A stretch of 32,000 bases of DNA from NCBI GenBank assembly GCA_904424815.1, contig CAJGBI010000001.1, positions 899,083-931,082 of the forward strand, given 5' to 3'. Both the position numbers and the translations under genes were made by a program. The DNA is from Puniceicoccaceae bacterium Marseille-Q1082 (GTDB lineage: Bacteria > Verrucomicrobiota > Verrucomicrobiia > Opitutales > Intestinicryptomonadaceae). The notes beneath the pieces were generated by a model. The model was given only the letters and a program-made list of their open reading frames with translations, had not been told where the DNA came from and ran no database searches. This document shows, one piece after another, positions 1-10,072 of the stretch. The stretch's first letter is position 1, and every line of letters begins with the position of its first letter.

Positions 1-2
1 GC

Positions 3-446
3 AACCGCGCCGACGTCATAAGCTCGCCCGAAAAACTCGCGGACTTTCTGAAATCCAAGGGCTGCAAAAAGGGCGTCGTCGACGCGGCGCTCGGCACGGC
101 TTTCGGGCTCGAAAAGCATTTTGAAATATCGCGCGATTTCGACCGGAATGACCCCGACTCCTTCGATTTCGGGATAACCCGCGCCGCCTTTGCGATAGCC
201 GAAAGCGGGGCCGTCGTGCTGAAGGATTCTTCGACCTCCGACAGGCTCGCGAGCATCGCCCCGTGGGTGCACGTCGCAGTCGTCGAGGAAAAATCCATCG
301 TCAAAACAATTCCCGAGGGGCTTGCAAAAATGGCGGACTGCCCGTATGCGATAGCAATTTCCGGCCCGTCAAAAACCACGGACGTGGAGGGCGTGCTCGT
401 CGAGGGCGTCCACGGGCCTGGCGTGCAGGCCTGCCTCGTGGTCTGA
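3..446 (+). CDS. LUD domain (LutC/YkgG-like) protein, C-terminal part; 5' end outside the window
   Basis: The frame is open from the window edge. The translation includes FDFGITRAAFAIAESGAVVLKDSSTSDRLASIAPWVHVAVVEEKSIVKTIPEGL and ends CPYAIAISGPSKTTDVEGVLVEGVHGPGVQACLVV, matching the LUD/LutC C-terminus. Confidence 0.85.
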   Translation, partial: NRADVISSPEKLADFLKSKGCKKGVVDAALGTAFGLEKHFEISRDFDRNDPDSFDFGITRAAFAIAESGAVVLKDSSTSDRLASIAPWVHVAVVEEKSIVKTIPEGLAKMADCPYAIAISGPSKTTDVEGVLVEGVHGPGVQACLVV

Positions 447-521
447 CCCCCCCTCCGGCGCGCGGGAACGCCGGAGCTGCTTTGTGTTGACGCGCGGAAT
501 TTATTGTGGATTATTTTCCCA

Positions 522-1412
522 ATGCAAAACATCGGCAATACGATAGCGGAGAAGTTCGGAAAGGGCCGAACGGTGTTCTCCGTGGAGTTTTTCCCTCCGA
601 AAACCGAAGAGGGCGCGCGCCAAATTCTGAGGACCGCCAACAGGCTGAAAAAAGTCCGCCCAGACTTCGTATCAATAACCTACGGAGCGGGCGGCTCGAG
701 CCGCGAGCGCACGCTCGAGTACGGCGAACTGCTCGGGGAAATTTTCGGGTTCGAGGTGATGCCGCACCTCGCCTGCTACGGGCATTCCAAATCCGAAATA
801 GCCTCCATACTTGAAAGGTTTGACTCCGCGGGGTTCCGCAATGTCATGGCGCTGCGCGGCGACAAGCCCAAAGACGGCTCAGTGTCCGCCCATCCTGACG
901 GCTTCGCGCACGCGGACGAGCTGGTGGGGTTTGTCCGCGAAAAATTTCCGCATTTCGGGATAGGATGCGCGGGATACCCCGAGAAACACCCGGAAGCCCC
1001 CGACATGCGCGCGGACATCGCTAACTTAAAGCGCAAAGTGGACGCCGGAGCGGACTTCGTCACGACGCAGCTATTTTTCGACAACTCCCACTATTTCAGG
1101 TTTGTCGAAATGTGCCGCGGGGCGGGAATCGACAAGCCGATTGTAGCGGGGCTTCTGCCCGCGCTCTCCCTCAAACAGCTCGCCAACTTCAAGGCGATGT
1201 GTTCCACGGACGTTCCGCGCGCCCTCTCGGAACGGCTTGAAGCCGCCGGAGAAAGCCCCGACGCCCAAGCCGCCGCGGGCCTCGAATGGGCGCAGGAGCA
1301 AATAGACGAGCTTCTGGAGGCGAAAGTTCCGGGCATACACCTCTATATATTAAACCGCGCCGAATCCGCCCTCAAACTCTCCGAAAAATTCGGAGGGCGC
1401 GGGGAGAGGTAA
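522..1412 (+). CDS. metF: Methylenetetrahydrofolate reductase
   Basis: FSVEFFPPKTEEGARQI, DFVSITYGAGGSSRERT, NVMALRGDKP and GADFVTTQLFFDN are MetF-family motifs. ATG at 522; the tracked ORF starts at an upstream TTG at 504. Confidence 0.93.
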   Translation: MQNIGNTIAEKFGKGRTVFSVEFFPPKTEEGARQILRTANRLKKVRPDFVSITYGAGGSSRERTLEYGELLGEIFGFEVMPHLACYGHSKSEIASILERFDSAGFRNVMALRGDKPKDGSVSAHPDGFAHADELVGFVREKFPHFGIGCAGYPEKHPEAPDMRADIANLKRKVDAGADFVTTQLFFDNSHYFRFVEMCRGAGIDKPIVAGLLPALSLKQLANFKAMCSTDVPRALSERLEAAGESPDAQAAAGLEWAQEQIDELLEAKVPGIHLYILNRAESALKLSEKFGGRGER

Positions 1413-1466
1413 GGCGGAATATTTCGGCGCCCGCCGGAGCCGCAAACGCGCGCAAAATTCGCCCCC

Positions 1467-1491
1467 GCGCCGGCCATCCGGCGCTGTTTTT
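1467..1491 (+). terminator. Intrinsic terminator after metF
   Basis: Perfect 7-bp stem GCGCCGG-ccat-CCGGCGC followed by tgTTTTT, between the convergent genes metF and alr. Confidence 0.7.
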
Positions 1492-1498
1492 GCGGGCG

Positions 1499-2581
1499 TC
1501 ATTTGAACACGCGCCCGACCCTCTTGGGGATCGCAACCATGGTCTCCCACGGAATCCTGCGCGTCCAGCGGCTGTAATCGACGAGCGAAATTTCCAGCCC
1601 GTCCTGCTCGCCTATAAAAGTCACGGGATCCCCCACTTTGACGTCGCCCGCCCCGTCCACGCATATTGCCGTTTCGTCAAGGCCGACATTGCCGAGTATT
1701 GGGCATTTCGCGCCGCCCGCTATCGCCCGCGCCTTGTCCGTAAACCCCGACGGAACCCCGTCGGCGTATCCAGCGGCGACCGTCGCTATCCTCCTCGGCC
1801 CGCGCGACGAAACCGCGAGAATCCTCGACTTGAACGAAAGCACAGACTCCAGCCGTATCCCCGCGTATTCCCCATCCGGAAACGGGTTTATTCCGTACTG
1901 CAAGAGCCCCATCCTCACGGCGTTAAACGGAGGCTCTACTTTGACGTACCGCAGGGCCGCGCTGTTGTGCAGGTGCACGAGCATTCCCGAGAGATCGAAA
2001 TGCGAGACCGTCCGGCGGAAGATGTCGAACTGGCCGCGCGTATATTCCTCGTCCTCGTCCGCGCTCGAGAGGTGCGAAAATATGCCGGCCACCCTTATTC
2101 CGCCGAGCCCCAGAATCTTCCGGATCTCACCGACGGCGCGCTCATGCCATATTCCCGCGCGCCCCATTCCGGTGTCGAGCTTTATGTGGACGTCCAGAAC
2201 TTTTCCGCGCGCCAATGCGAGCTCCGAAAACGCCGCCGCCTCCGCAAAGGAAGACACGGCGGGAGTCGCGCCGTAGTCGAAAACCAGCTCCCTCTCCGCG
2301 GCGAGCACGGGGCTTAGCACCAAAACGGGCTTGTCGGGAATTATCTCCCTTACGCGCGAAGCCTCGTAGAGATTTGCCACGGCGAAAATGTCCGCTCCCC
2401 CGCGCGCGAAGCGCACGAGCGCGTGCGGCATACAGTGCCCGTAGGCGTCCGCCTTGACGACGCATACGTACTTGACGCCCGCCGGCAGCGCGGACTTGAT
2501 GTTGCGCACGTTCGACTCCAAACGCTGGAAGTCGATTTCTATCCATGATCTCAAAGGCAATTGGCGGTTCACCGCGGTCAA
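1499..2581 (-). CDS. alr: Alanine racemase
   Basis: VVKADAYGHCMPHA (PLP-lysine motif), KLDTGMGRAGI, MRLGLLQYGI-like MRMGLLQ equivalent and GYADGVP are present. Confidence 0.92.
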   Translation of the reverse strand: MTAVNRQLPLRSWIEIDFQRLESNVRNIKSALPAGVKYVCVVKADAYGHCMPHALVRFARGGADIFAVANLYEASRVREIIPDKPVLVLSPVLAAERELVFDYGATPAVSSFAEAAAFSELALARGKVLDVHIKLDTGMGRAGIWHERAVGEIRKILGLGGIRVAGIFSHLSSADEDEEYTRGQFDIFRRTVSHFDLSGMLVHLHNSAALRYVKVEPPFNAVRMGLLQYGINPFPDGEYAGIRLESVLSFKSRILAVSSRGPRRIATVAAGYADGVPSGFTDKARAIAGGAKCPILGNVGLDETAICVDGAGDVKVGDPVTFIGEQDGLEISLVDYSRWTRRIPWETMVAIPKRVGRVFK

Positions 2582-2707
2582 AATGGTTATTGCCGAAATT
2601 TCCGACGGGCGCGGGCAAAAGTCAAAGGTAAAATCCGCCCGCGCGCCGGAGCCTGAAAAACTTTTTAAGCCTTGACCTCCCCGAAGACGGCGCGCTATTA
2701 TAAAAAA

Positions 2708-3112
2708 ATGTTATTCGACGGCTTTTTCAGGGCCATATTCTCGGCCAAGCCTTTCGCAAAAGCCGCCGGCGACAGGGGCGAGGAGGCCGCGGTCCGGTTT
2801 CTGAAAAAGCGCGGAATGAAAATCGCAGCGCGCAACTTCAGGAGCGGGCGATACGAGGCCGACATCGTCGCATTCGACGGCGACTGCGCGGTTTTCGTGG
2901 AAGTCAAAACGCGCTCCGACAGCGCGCTCGTGGACGGATACTACGCCGCCGTTTCAAAAACCAAAAGGCGCGGTATACGCATCTGCGCCAACCGCTACCT
3001 CTCGCGGCTGCACCCCCGCCCTCCCTCATGGAGGTACGACGTTGTTGACGTGAGAATCGGCGGCGGCATGAAAATTTCGCAAATACGCCATTTTGAAAAC
3101 GTGCCGCTTTAA
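2708..3112 (+). CDS. YraN/UPF0102 family nuclease-fold protein
   Basis: GDRGEEAAVRFLKKRGMKIAARNFRSGRYEADIVAFDGDCAVFVEVKTRS is a YraN signature. The tracked start at 2672 is TTG; ATG at 2708 is an alternative. Confidence 0.85.
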   Translation: MLFDGFFRAIFSAKPFAKAAGDRGEEAAVRFLKKRGMKIAARNFRSGRYEADIVAFDGDCAVFVEVKTRSDSALVDGYYAAVSKTKRRGIRICANRYLSRLHPRPPSWRYDVVDVRIGGGMKISQIRHFENVPL

Positions 3113-3134
3113 CCGTTTAAATAAATAAAGAGCA

Positions 3135-6100
3135 ATGAAGAAAAAAATATCAACCATTCTGTCGGCGTTCGCGGCGGCATGCCTCTGCGCCCAGCAATTC
3201 GGAAACTTTGAAATCGACGACGGGGAGCTGTCCCTCGGGACGCAAGCCGTCAGATTCACATATTTCGACGCGAATTGGCACTCAAAATCTCTCAAAAATA
3301 CCGCCTCGCCCGCGGCGGGCTTTCCGAAGTCGGAAAAGGGCAAATCCTACACTGCGGAGGCTTCGATAACCGTAAACGGGAAAAACGCGGGAACCCTGTT
3401 TCAAAAGTTTTCCTTTGCATCTGCGAGCTCGTGCCGCTTGGAATCCTCCTTCAAGCCCTCGGGCGAGGAAAAGTTCAACGAGATCTCATACTCTTTTTCA
3501 TTTCCGATAAAGGGGTCGGAACTCTCCCTCAACGGCGCCGTCATAAACCTCGAAAGCTCCAAAAAAGTCCAAACGGTTTTTTATGTGGACAAAGTTTCGG
3601 TGACAACTCCGCAGGGGCTTGCGAAATTCACGGGAAATCTGGAAGTTCTGCTGCAAGACGGGCGGCTGTTCGGCTCGCAAACGTTTTCTTTGAGGTTCAA
3701 GCCGAAAAATTCCGGCGGCGTATTGAAGTGGAACATGGGAATATCCTACGAAAAAGTAAAGGGCATAACCGCCGCCCTGCCCGAATCCTCCGATCTGGAG
3801 ATTCCCGCGCTGCCGGCCGGCTGGATTAAGCTCGGCGGCGTGGATTTCAATTTCTCCCGCCCCGCCGGAAAAGGGCTGATAGCGGAGGGCGGCAAAGAGA
3901 AAAAAATCGCCCTCAAAGGCGGCGGAAAGCACCTTTACATAATAGGCGCCTTCGACTCCGGAAGCGCCCTTCCCGAAGGCGACTGCGCGGAAATCGAGGC
4001 GGTTTTTGCGGACGGGAAAACCCAGACGGTGAAAATACCGGCGGAAAACGCGGGGCCTATGCGCCACTCAAAAAGCTCCGACAGCCCCAACGCGGTTTGG
4101 ACGTCCAAAGTAGGCGCAAAAACCTACAATCTCTTCGCGACAAAAGTCGATTTCGACCGCCCGGACCTGAAATCCGTTACGATAAGAAACCTCTCCAAGC
4201 CCGACTGGAAAATTGCCGCCGCGTCTCTATCTCCGGTGTCCGTGCCGGTTGAAAGGCTCAAGGGGGCGTTCATAACGCAGTCCAGAGACTACGCGCCTTT
4301 CGTGCCCTCCAAAACGATAGCCAAAGGCAGCGCGCTCGACTTCTCCTGGCTGCTGGACGCGCCCGCGGGCAAATACGGCTTCGCATACGCCAAAGACGGG
4401 GAAATATTTTTTGAAAACAACCCCGGCAAGCCCGCGCGCTTTTACGGCAACAACCTGTGCTTCCAGGCCAATTATCCCGACAAGGAAAACGCTGAAAAGC
4501 TCGCCGACCTCTTTGCGGCGACCGGCTACAACATCCTGCGCATACACCATTACGACGACCCGCTTATCGACAAGTCCTCTCCCGACCGGCTGTCGTTCGA
4601 CGCCGAAAAGCTCGACAGGCTCGACTACCTCGTGGCGGCCATGAAAAAGCGCGGCATATACATAACCACCGACCTCTTCGTCTCGCGCAAGCTCGCCAAA
4701 GACGCCGTTGAGGAGGGGCTCGGTTGGGACGGGCAGATGAGGTCCAACAAGGCGGCGTTCTTCGTGTCCAAAAAGGCGTCCGACAATTTCCGCGCGTTCG
4801 CCAAAAAGCTGCTCGAACACGTAAACCCCTATACGGGACTCGCGTGGAAGGACGAGCCGGCCCTCGTCTCGCTGAGCCTCGTCAACGAAAACACGATATT
4901 CGGAACCTATTCGGCAATGCGCCCGCATTTCGAAAAGCTCTTCAACGAGTGGCTCGCAAAGAACTCGCTGTCGGCCGGCTCCGAAAATACCGAATCCCTC
5001 CGCAGGCGCTTCCTCGCGGAATTGTACGGAAAGTTTTTCGACGAACAGAAGGAATTTTTGCGTTCCCTCGGCGTGCGCGCGATGCTTACCGACCAAAACT
5101 TCTGGACGGGCTACTCCGTGACGCTCACGCGCAAAAATTACGACATAATAGACACCCACTCCTACTTCGGCCACCCGACTTTCATAGAAAAGCCGTGGCA
5201 GCTCCCCTCGAAGATGAGAACCGAGAGCGCGATATCCAAATACGGCGGCTGCATAGAGCTTAGCGACAGCCAGATGGCGGGCAAGCCCTTCTCCATAACG
5301 GAATGGAACTATGTCAACAACAACGACCATTCCGCCGAGGGGGCGTTCCTGATGGGCGCGTACGGCGCGCTGCACAAGTGGGATCTGCTATGCAGGTTCG
5401 CGTACTCGCACGGCGAGATCGATTTCGGCAAGCCCGTCGGGCTCGTCGGCTACTTCGACACCTCCACAAATCCGGTCGCCGCCATATCAGAGCGCGCGGG
5501 CGCGCTGTTCTTCCTGCGCGGCGACGTCAGGGCGTCGGACTTTTCCATACCCGTGCTGCTGCCCGAAGACTACCCGACGCGCAAAAACCGCCAGGACTAC
5601 GCCTCACTCTTGAAGCGCGCCGGCCTCTACGCCGCCACGGAAATCGAGCTGAACCCGACGCCCGCGGGCTTCAAAATCCCCGCCGAAGCGCCCTTTGCCA
5701 TAGCCGCGGAAAAAGCGGTGGCAGAGCAAAACAAATTCGACAAGCCCGTGGTGCTCGATTCCATCTCCGCCCTTCCGGAACTGCAAAAGCTCACCTCGGG
5801 CAAAATAGACGTCAAAAACGAAGTCTACGAATCCTCCACTTCCGAAATGGTTTTGGACAAGAAAAACGAGACGTGGAAGCTCGTCACGGCGCGCAGCGAG
5901 GCGTTCATCGCCCCCAAGGGGCATTCTTTCAAAGGGAATTTCGCCAATGTCAGAAATTCGCGCGGGTGGAGCTCTACGCTGATTGCGAGCATCGACAAAA
6001 ACCCGCTTAAAGAGAGCTCGCGCATTCTCATCCTCCACCTGAGCGACGTGAAGAACACCAACATGCGCTTCGACGACCCCGAGATGACGATACTGCGCTC

Positions 6101-6311
6101 TTACGGGACGCTTCCGCACCTCGCGCGCCGCGCCGAGAGCGTCGTCACCTTCAACGACTCCCTCGACGGCTGGAAGCTTTACGCGCTAAAACAGGACGGG
6201 TCGCGCGGCGAAGAAGTCGCTATCGAGCGCGCCGACGGCAAAGCCTCCGCAAAGCTCTCCACGATAAGGGGCAAATCGGCGGTATTCGCCTACGAGCTCG
6301 TAAAAGAATAG
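3135..6311 (+). CDS. Large secreted glycoside-hydrolase-like (TIM-barrel type) protein
   Basis: 1058 aa with N-terminal signal peptide MKKKISTILSAFAAACLCAQ. Central region RFYGNNLCFQANYP...GYNILRIHHYDD...LDRLDYLVAAMKKRGIYITTDL...LVNEN...ITEWNYV resembles clan-A type glycosidases. Confidence 0.75.
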   Translation: MKKKISTILSAFAAACLCAQQFGNFEIDDGELSLGTQAVRFTYFDANWHSKSLKNTASPAAGFPKSEKGKSYTAEASITVNGKNAGTLFQKFSFASASSCRLESSFKPSGEEKFNEISYSFSFPIKGSELSLNGAVINLESSKKVQTVFYVDKVSVTTPQGLAKFTGNLEVLLQDGRLFGSQTFSLRFKPKNSGGVLKWNMGISYEKVKGITAALPESSDLEIPALPAGWIKLGGVDFNFSRPAGKGLIAEGGKEKKIALKGGGKHLYIIGAFDSGSALPEGDCAEIEAVFADGKTQTVKIPAENAGPMRHSKSSDSPNAVWTSKVGAKTYNLFATKVDFDRPDLKSVTIRNLSKPDWKIAAASLSPVSVPVERLKGAFITQSRDYAPFVPSKTIAKGSALDFSWLLDAPAGKYGFAYAKDGEIFFENNPGKPARFYGNNLCFQANYPDKENAEKLADLFAATGYNILRIHHYDDPLIDKSSPDRLSFDAEKLDRLDYLVAAMKKRGIYITTDLFVSRKLAKDAVEEGLGWDGQMRSNKAAFFVSKKASDNFRAFAKKLLEHVNPYTGLAWKDEPALVSLSLVNENTIFGTYSAMRPHFEKLFNEWLAKNSLSAGSENTESLRRRFLAELYGKFFDEQKEFLRSLGVRAMLTDQNFWTGYSVTLTRKNYDIIDTHSYFGHPTFIEKPWQLPSKMRTESAISKYGGCIELSDSQMAGKPFSITEWNYVNNNDHSAEGAFLMGAYGALHKWDLLCRFAYSHGEIDFGKPVGLVGYFDTSTNPVAAISERAGALFFLRGDVRASDFSIPVLLPEDYPTRKNRQDYASLLKRAGLYAATEIELNPTPAGFKIPAEAPFAIAAEKAVAEQNKFDKPVVLDSISALPELQKLTSGKIDVKNEVYESSTSEMVLDKKNETWKLVTARSEAFIAPKGHSFKGNFANVRNSRGWSSTLIASIDKNPLKESSRILILHLSDVKNTNMRFDDPEMTILRSYGTLPHLARRAESVVTFNDSLDGWKLYALKQDGSRGEEVAIERADGKASAKLSTIRGKSAVFAYELVKE

Positions 6312-6350
6312 CCCGCGCGGGCATCAATATTGCGGAAAGCAGGCGCAAAA

Positions 6351-6381
6351 GGCGGGAGCCCGCAGAAAACGGGCTCCCGCC
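6351..6381. terminator. Bidirectional terminator hairpin between convergent genes
   Basis: Perfect 12-bp stem GGCGGGAGCCCG-cagaaaa-CGGGCTCCCGCC, flanked by CAAAA and a downstream gTTTTg, between stops at 6311 (+) and 6412 (-). Confidence 0.75.
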
Positions 6382-6411
6382 GCCGTTTTGCGGCAAAAGT
6401 TCGCGCGCCCG

Positions 6412-8739
6412 CTACTCTATCTCAAACCTGAGCGGCGGAATTTTGTCCACCAGGAACATCCCGCGCCAATGCTTGCCGAGCAGGTTTACGACAAACGCCC
6501 CCCTGCGGGGCTTGGCGTCTTGGGCGCACGAGATTTCGAGGACAAGCCTGCCGTCGCGGAGAAAGAACCTCTTTATGGAGAGCCCGTCGGGCGCCTCCTG
6601 AAATTCGGCTTTCGGCATGTTTTTGAACTTCGAGGGCCCCTTTCCCAAATCTATTGAAACGCTCCCTCCCCTTTTGAATTTTATCGGGGATTCGAGTTTC
6701 GACACGTCGGGCCGGATGGCGTCGTACCCGCGCCCGAAAATATTCCACGAATTGACGCTGCCCCACATTCCGAGCGACGGGACGTAGTGGCGGTAATAAA
6801 ACGCCTGCATCATGTCCTCGCACGGGACGGATTTTTTTGCCATCGCACCTCCCGCAAATTCGGCGCGCCCCTCGACCGACATTTCAAACACTTTTTTCGG
6901 GGAATCTTTCGGAATCCAAACGCCCACGTCGGCGTAGGGCTCGCCCGCCGGAATTTCCGCCCCGAAAATTTTTGCGCCCTCCGGCAGCCCCGAGACTTTA
7001 AGGCGTATGGGGTAATCCTCGATTCCGTCGGCGCGGAACGCGTACACCCTGAAAACCGAAGTCCGCCCGGGCAGGAAGTTCAGCGAACTCGGGACGGTTC
7101 TGAGCTCGAACGACGGGCGCGGCCTGCGTATTTCGAGCCGGTAGGCGTGCGCGGGCGAAAACGCGCCTGTGAGCTCCTCCACGCGCGCGTAAAACGTGCC
7201 CGTAAACGGAGGCGTGAAGATCAGCCGCGAATCCGCATGCGCCGTGACGAAGCCGCAGGAGGGATCTTCGAAGTCGTCGGCTCGCGCGAGGACTTTGCCG
7301 GACGAGTCCGAAACCGTAATGTACGTGTCCGCCGGAGAGCCGAGCCTGCGCGCGAATGTCTCCAATACGACTTTCGCGCCCTGGGCGGCGTCGAAGCGGT
7401 ATGCGTCGCGCGAGCCCGCCGCCTCAAACCTGCCGTCGGCGGACTCGGGCGGCGTGAGCGGAACCGACGGCAAAATCTCCGCCGGCCTTCCCGACAATTT
7501 TACGGACTCCGCCGGCGAGAGTTTTGAATTTTCAGGCGAGGATTTTATTTTCAAATCGCAGGCGGCGGGAAACCCGAAGTCCGGAGCGAAATCCCCCTCC
7601 GCTTTCGGCGCGGAAATTTTCATTTTTTTTGACGGGAGGTTCGGTCCGCCTATCTCGAACTCCGCGTCGGTTCCGGAACGCGCGCCGAGCGGGAAAACAT
7701 ACTCGACAAACGGGCCGGCGGAAATCGACATCCTGTAAACGAAGTCCTCGCGGCTCCTGTAAATCGCGTCGAAAATCTCGGCGCGGTAAACTCCGCTCTC
7801 GGGGACCTTGAATGACAAATGCGGGTCGGGCCTGTGGAAGAAGTCGTCGCAATACGCCGCCTCGCGCCCGTCCGGGCCGGTCACGCGCACTACCGGCTGG
7901 AACCACCCCGGGACGGCGTCGGATATGTACGGAAGAAGCCTCCTGCCCGCCACGTCTATCACAACCGTCTCGCCCGCTTTCGCGTAAAACGAATAGGCGT
8001 CGGTCTTTGCCTCCACTATCTGGCCGTTTGCGATTATCGGGAGCTCGACAAAAAATTCGTTGCCGCCCTCAGGGTAAGCTATCGGATCCTTCCACGTCCT
8101 GATTCCCTCCCTTCCCCAGTTTTTCGGCAGCTTTATGCGCTCGCGCGCGGCGTCGCGCAGGGAGGGCTTGACAAATTCGTCCGTTCCCGAGACGAAAAAC
8201 CTCGCGGGGTTGGAAAGCCCCTTGCGCGACCTCACCAAAATGTTGCGCTCGCCCTTTGCGGCGTCCGGAGACAGGGTGAGCTCGAACTCGACGGTTTCCG
8301 CCATCGGGTCGGAGGAGACTTTCCGCAGATAGACCGAAGCGTCCGCGGCGGCGAGCTTCTTCATGATACCCTCGTCCGCGTTTACGAGCTTGCGCAGGTA
8401 CGCCTGCCCGCCGTCCTCGAACTTTTTCATCTCCTCGACTACCTCCGGATGCTCCTTGACGTATTGCTCCTCGAGCTTGTTTCTCAGCCCGAAATAATTT
8501 CCGGATTTCAGGGGAACCGTGACGGTACAGACACCCGCGCGCGCTCCGCCGCCGGTGATATAGACGTCAGCAACCCCGTCGAAATTCCGCCCGCCGAGAG
8601 TTATCTTGACGGTTTCGCCCGCCTTCGCGCCGGCGGGATAGACATAGGCGATGTTCGGGGCGTCGCTCTCCTGCGCGGCGGCGGAAAGCGCAAATAGGCA
8701 CGCGGCGCATGCCGAAAAAATCTTCGGGGCGTTCAGCAT
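6412..8739 (-). CDS. Secreted protein with IPT/TIG-like and pre-peptidase (PPC)-like domains; partner of the DUF1501/DUF1549 cluster
   Basis: The protein starting MLNAPKIFSACAACLFALSAAAQ (signal peptide) has PNIAYVYPAGAKAGETVKITLGGRNF and PPC-like segments such as DAYRFDAAQGAKVVLETFARRLGSPADTYITVSDSSGKVLARADD. The start is at 8739; the tracked ORF runs to 9882 only as an antisense-type extension overlapping the next gene's frame. Confidence 0.8.
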   Translation of the reverse strand: MLNAPKIFSACAACLFALSAAAQESDAPNIAYVYPAGAKAGETVKITLGGRNFDGVADVYITGGGARAGVCTVTVPLKSGNYFGLRNKLEEQYVKEHPEVVEEMKKFEDGGQAYLRKLVNADEGIMKKLAAADASVYLRKVSSDPMAETVEFELTLSPDAAKGERNILVRSRKGLSNPARFFVSGTDEFVKPSLRDAARERIKLPKNWGREGIRTWKDPIAYPEGGNEFFVELPIIANGQIVEAKTDAYSFYAKAGETVVIDVAGRRLLPYISDAVPGWFQPVVRVTGPDGREAAYCDDFFHRPDPHLSFKVPESGVYRAEIFDAIYRSREDFVYRMSISAGPFVEYVFPLGARSGTDAEFEIGGPNLPSKKMKISAPKAEGDFAPDFGFPAACDLKIKSSPENSKLSPAESVKLSGRPAEILPSVPLTPPESADGRFEAAGSRDAYRFDAAQGAKVVLETFARRLGSPADTYITVSDSSGKVLARADDFEDPSCGFVTAHADSRLIFTPPFTGTFYARVEELTGAFSPAHAYRLEIRRPRPSFELRTVPSSLNFLPGRTSVFRVYAFRADGIEDYPIRLKVSGLPEGAKIFGAEIPAGEPYADVGVWIPKDSPKKVFEMSVEGRAEFAGGAMAKKSVPCEDMMQAFYYRHYVPSLGMWGSVNSWNIFGRGYDAIRPDVSKLESPIKFKRGGSVSIDLGKGPSKFKNMPKAEFQEAPDGLSIKRFFLRDGRLVLEISCAQDAKPRRGAFVVNLLGKHWRGMFLVDKIPPLRFEIE

Positions 8740-10064
8740 CCGAGCTCCCTCAGTATTCCGTCGCCCTTCATGTCGCCCTCGTTTTCCTCGAGCAACCCGA
8801 CGGTCTCGCCCTGCGGCGTCCGCAGCACGGCGTCGGAGGGTATGCCGAGGCGCGCGTATATCGAGCCGATGAGGTCGCAGGGCGACACCGGGCGCTCGAC
8901 GACCTTTTCCGCCCTTTCGTCGGTTTTTCCGACCACCTTGCCGCCCTCGAATCCGCCGCCCGAAAGCATCATGGAAAACGCGTCGCCCCAGTGCCCGCGC
9001 CCGCCCGAATACGGGGCCTCCCACTGTATGCGCGGAGTGCGCCCGAACTCGCCGCTCCACCAGATTATAGTGGAGTCGAACAGCCCGCGCTCGCGCAGGT
9101 CGGCGATGAGCGCCGACACCGCCCTGTCGGTCTGCGGCATCAGTTTGCGCATTTCCTGAAAATGGCTCTTGTGCGTGTCCCAGCCCGGGTAGTTTATGGT
9201 GACGTACGGGACTCCGCTCTCCACGAGCTTTCTGGCTACGAGGCACGAGCACCCGAATTTGTTGCGCCCGTAGGCGTCGCGTACTTTGTCGCTCTCCGTG
9301 GCGACGTCGAAGATTTTGCCCGCGTCGCCGAGAATCAAATTGTACGCCTGCTCTACCGCAAGCTCCGACTGTTTGAGGTACCCGCTGGAAGCAAGCGCCT
9401 TTTTGAACGTCCCGAGGTCTTCGAGCAGCGCGCGGCGGGACTCCTGCCGCGCGCGCGTTATGCCCCGCGCCACGATCCCCTCGACCTCGAACGGCACGGA
9501 CGCCGGATTGCCGCCGGTCGCAAACGGCTTGTATTTGGAGCCGAGAAACCCCGCCTCGGAAAACCTGCCCTGCGGCTCGGTCAGGACGATGTACGGAGGA
9601 ACCACGCCCTTGTAGCCAGCGTCCGCGCCCCTGAATTTGGAGACCACCGCCCCCGCGCAAGGAAAGACGTACCTGCCCGGCAGGCGGCCCGTCTGCACGA
9701 GGTACGAACCCGTCTCGTGCGCGTTTTGGAAATGGCGGACGGAGCGTATCACGGAATATGCGTCGGCGCATTTGGCGAGGTTTGGCATGAGCTCGCATAT
9801 TTTCAAGCCGTCCACGTTCGTGTCGATGGGCGCCGCGAGCTGCCCGCAGTAGTCGTACCCAGCCGCTGGCTTGGGATCCCACGTCTCAATCTGCGACGGG
9901 CCTCCCCAAAACCATATTTGTATCACCGATTTCGCAAACGGCTTTTTCGGGGCGGGCGCTGGCTTTGCCGCCTCCGCCGAAAATCCGCGCGCGCCGAACC
10001 CGAAGAGCGCCCCGAGCGCGCCCGCCGACTTCAAAAAATCCCTTCTTCCCAATGTCCCGTGCAT
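8733..10064 (-). CDS. DUF1501 family protein with Tat-type signal
   Basis: MHGTLGRRDFLKSAGALGALFGFGARGFSAEA (RRDFLK twin-arginine motif), then FWGGPSQIETWDPKP, PYVTINYPGWDTHKSHF, IWWSGEFGRTPRI and GRGHWGDAFSMMLSGGG. The true start is at 10064, not 10799. Confidence 0.92.
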   Translation of the reverse strand: MHGTLGRRDFLKSAGALGALFGFGARGFSAEAAKPAPAPKKPFAKSVIQIWFWGGPSQIETWDPKPAAGYDYCGQLAAPIDTNVDGLKICELMPNLAKCADAYSVIRSVRHFQNAHETGSYLVQTGRLPGRYVFPCAGAVVSKFRGADAGYKGVVPPYIVLTEPQGRFSEAGFLGSKYKPFATGGNPASVPFEVEGIVARGITRARQESRRALLEDLGTFKKALASSGYLKQSELAVEQAYNLILGDAGKIFDVATESDKVRDAYGRNKFGCSCLVARKLVESGVPYVTINYPGWDTHKSHFQEMRKLMPQTDRAVSALIADLRERGLFDSTIIWWSGEFGRTPRIQWEAPYSGGRGHWGDAFSMMLSGGGFEGGKVVGKTDERAEKVVERPVSPCDLIGSIYARLGIPSDAVLRTPQGETVGLLEENEGDMKGDGILRELGC

Positions 10065-10072
10065 AAACCCTC

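Noticed and set aside
4227-5375. 382-aa minus-strand ORF and neighbours (3498..4067, 5604..6119)
   Set aside because: These are antisense to the 1058-aa glycosidase-like gene and show Arg/Val/Gly-rich shadow composition.
8740-9882. Upstream ~380 aa of the 1156-aa ORF 6412..9882
   Set aside because: It overlaps the DUF1501 coding region in another frame. The convincing signal peptide begins at 8739, so the upstream part is spurious extension. The same reasoning trims ORFs 8733..10799, 25066..26964, 22556..23578 and 30291..31913.
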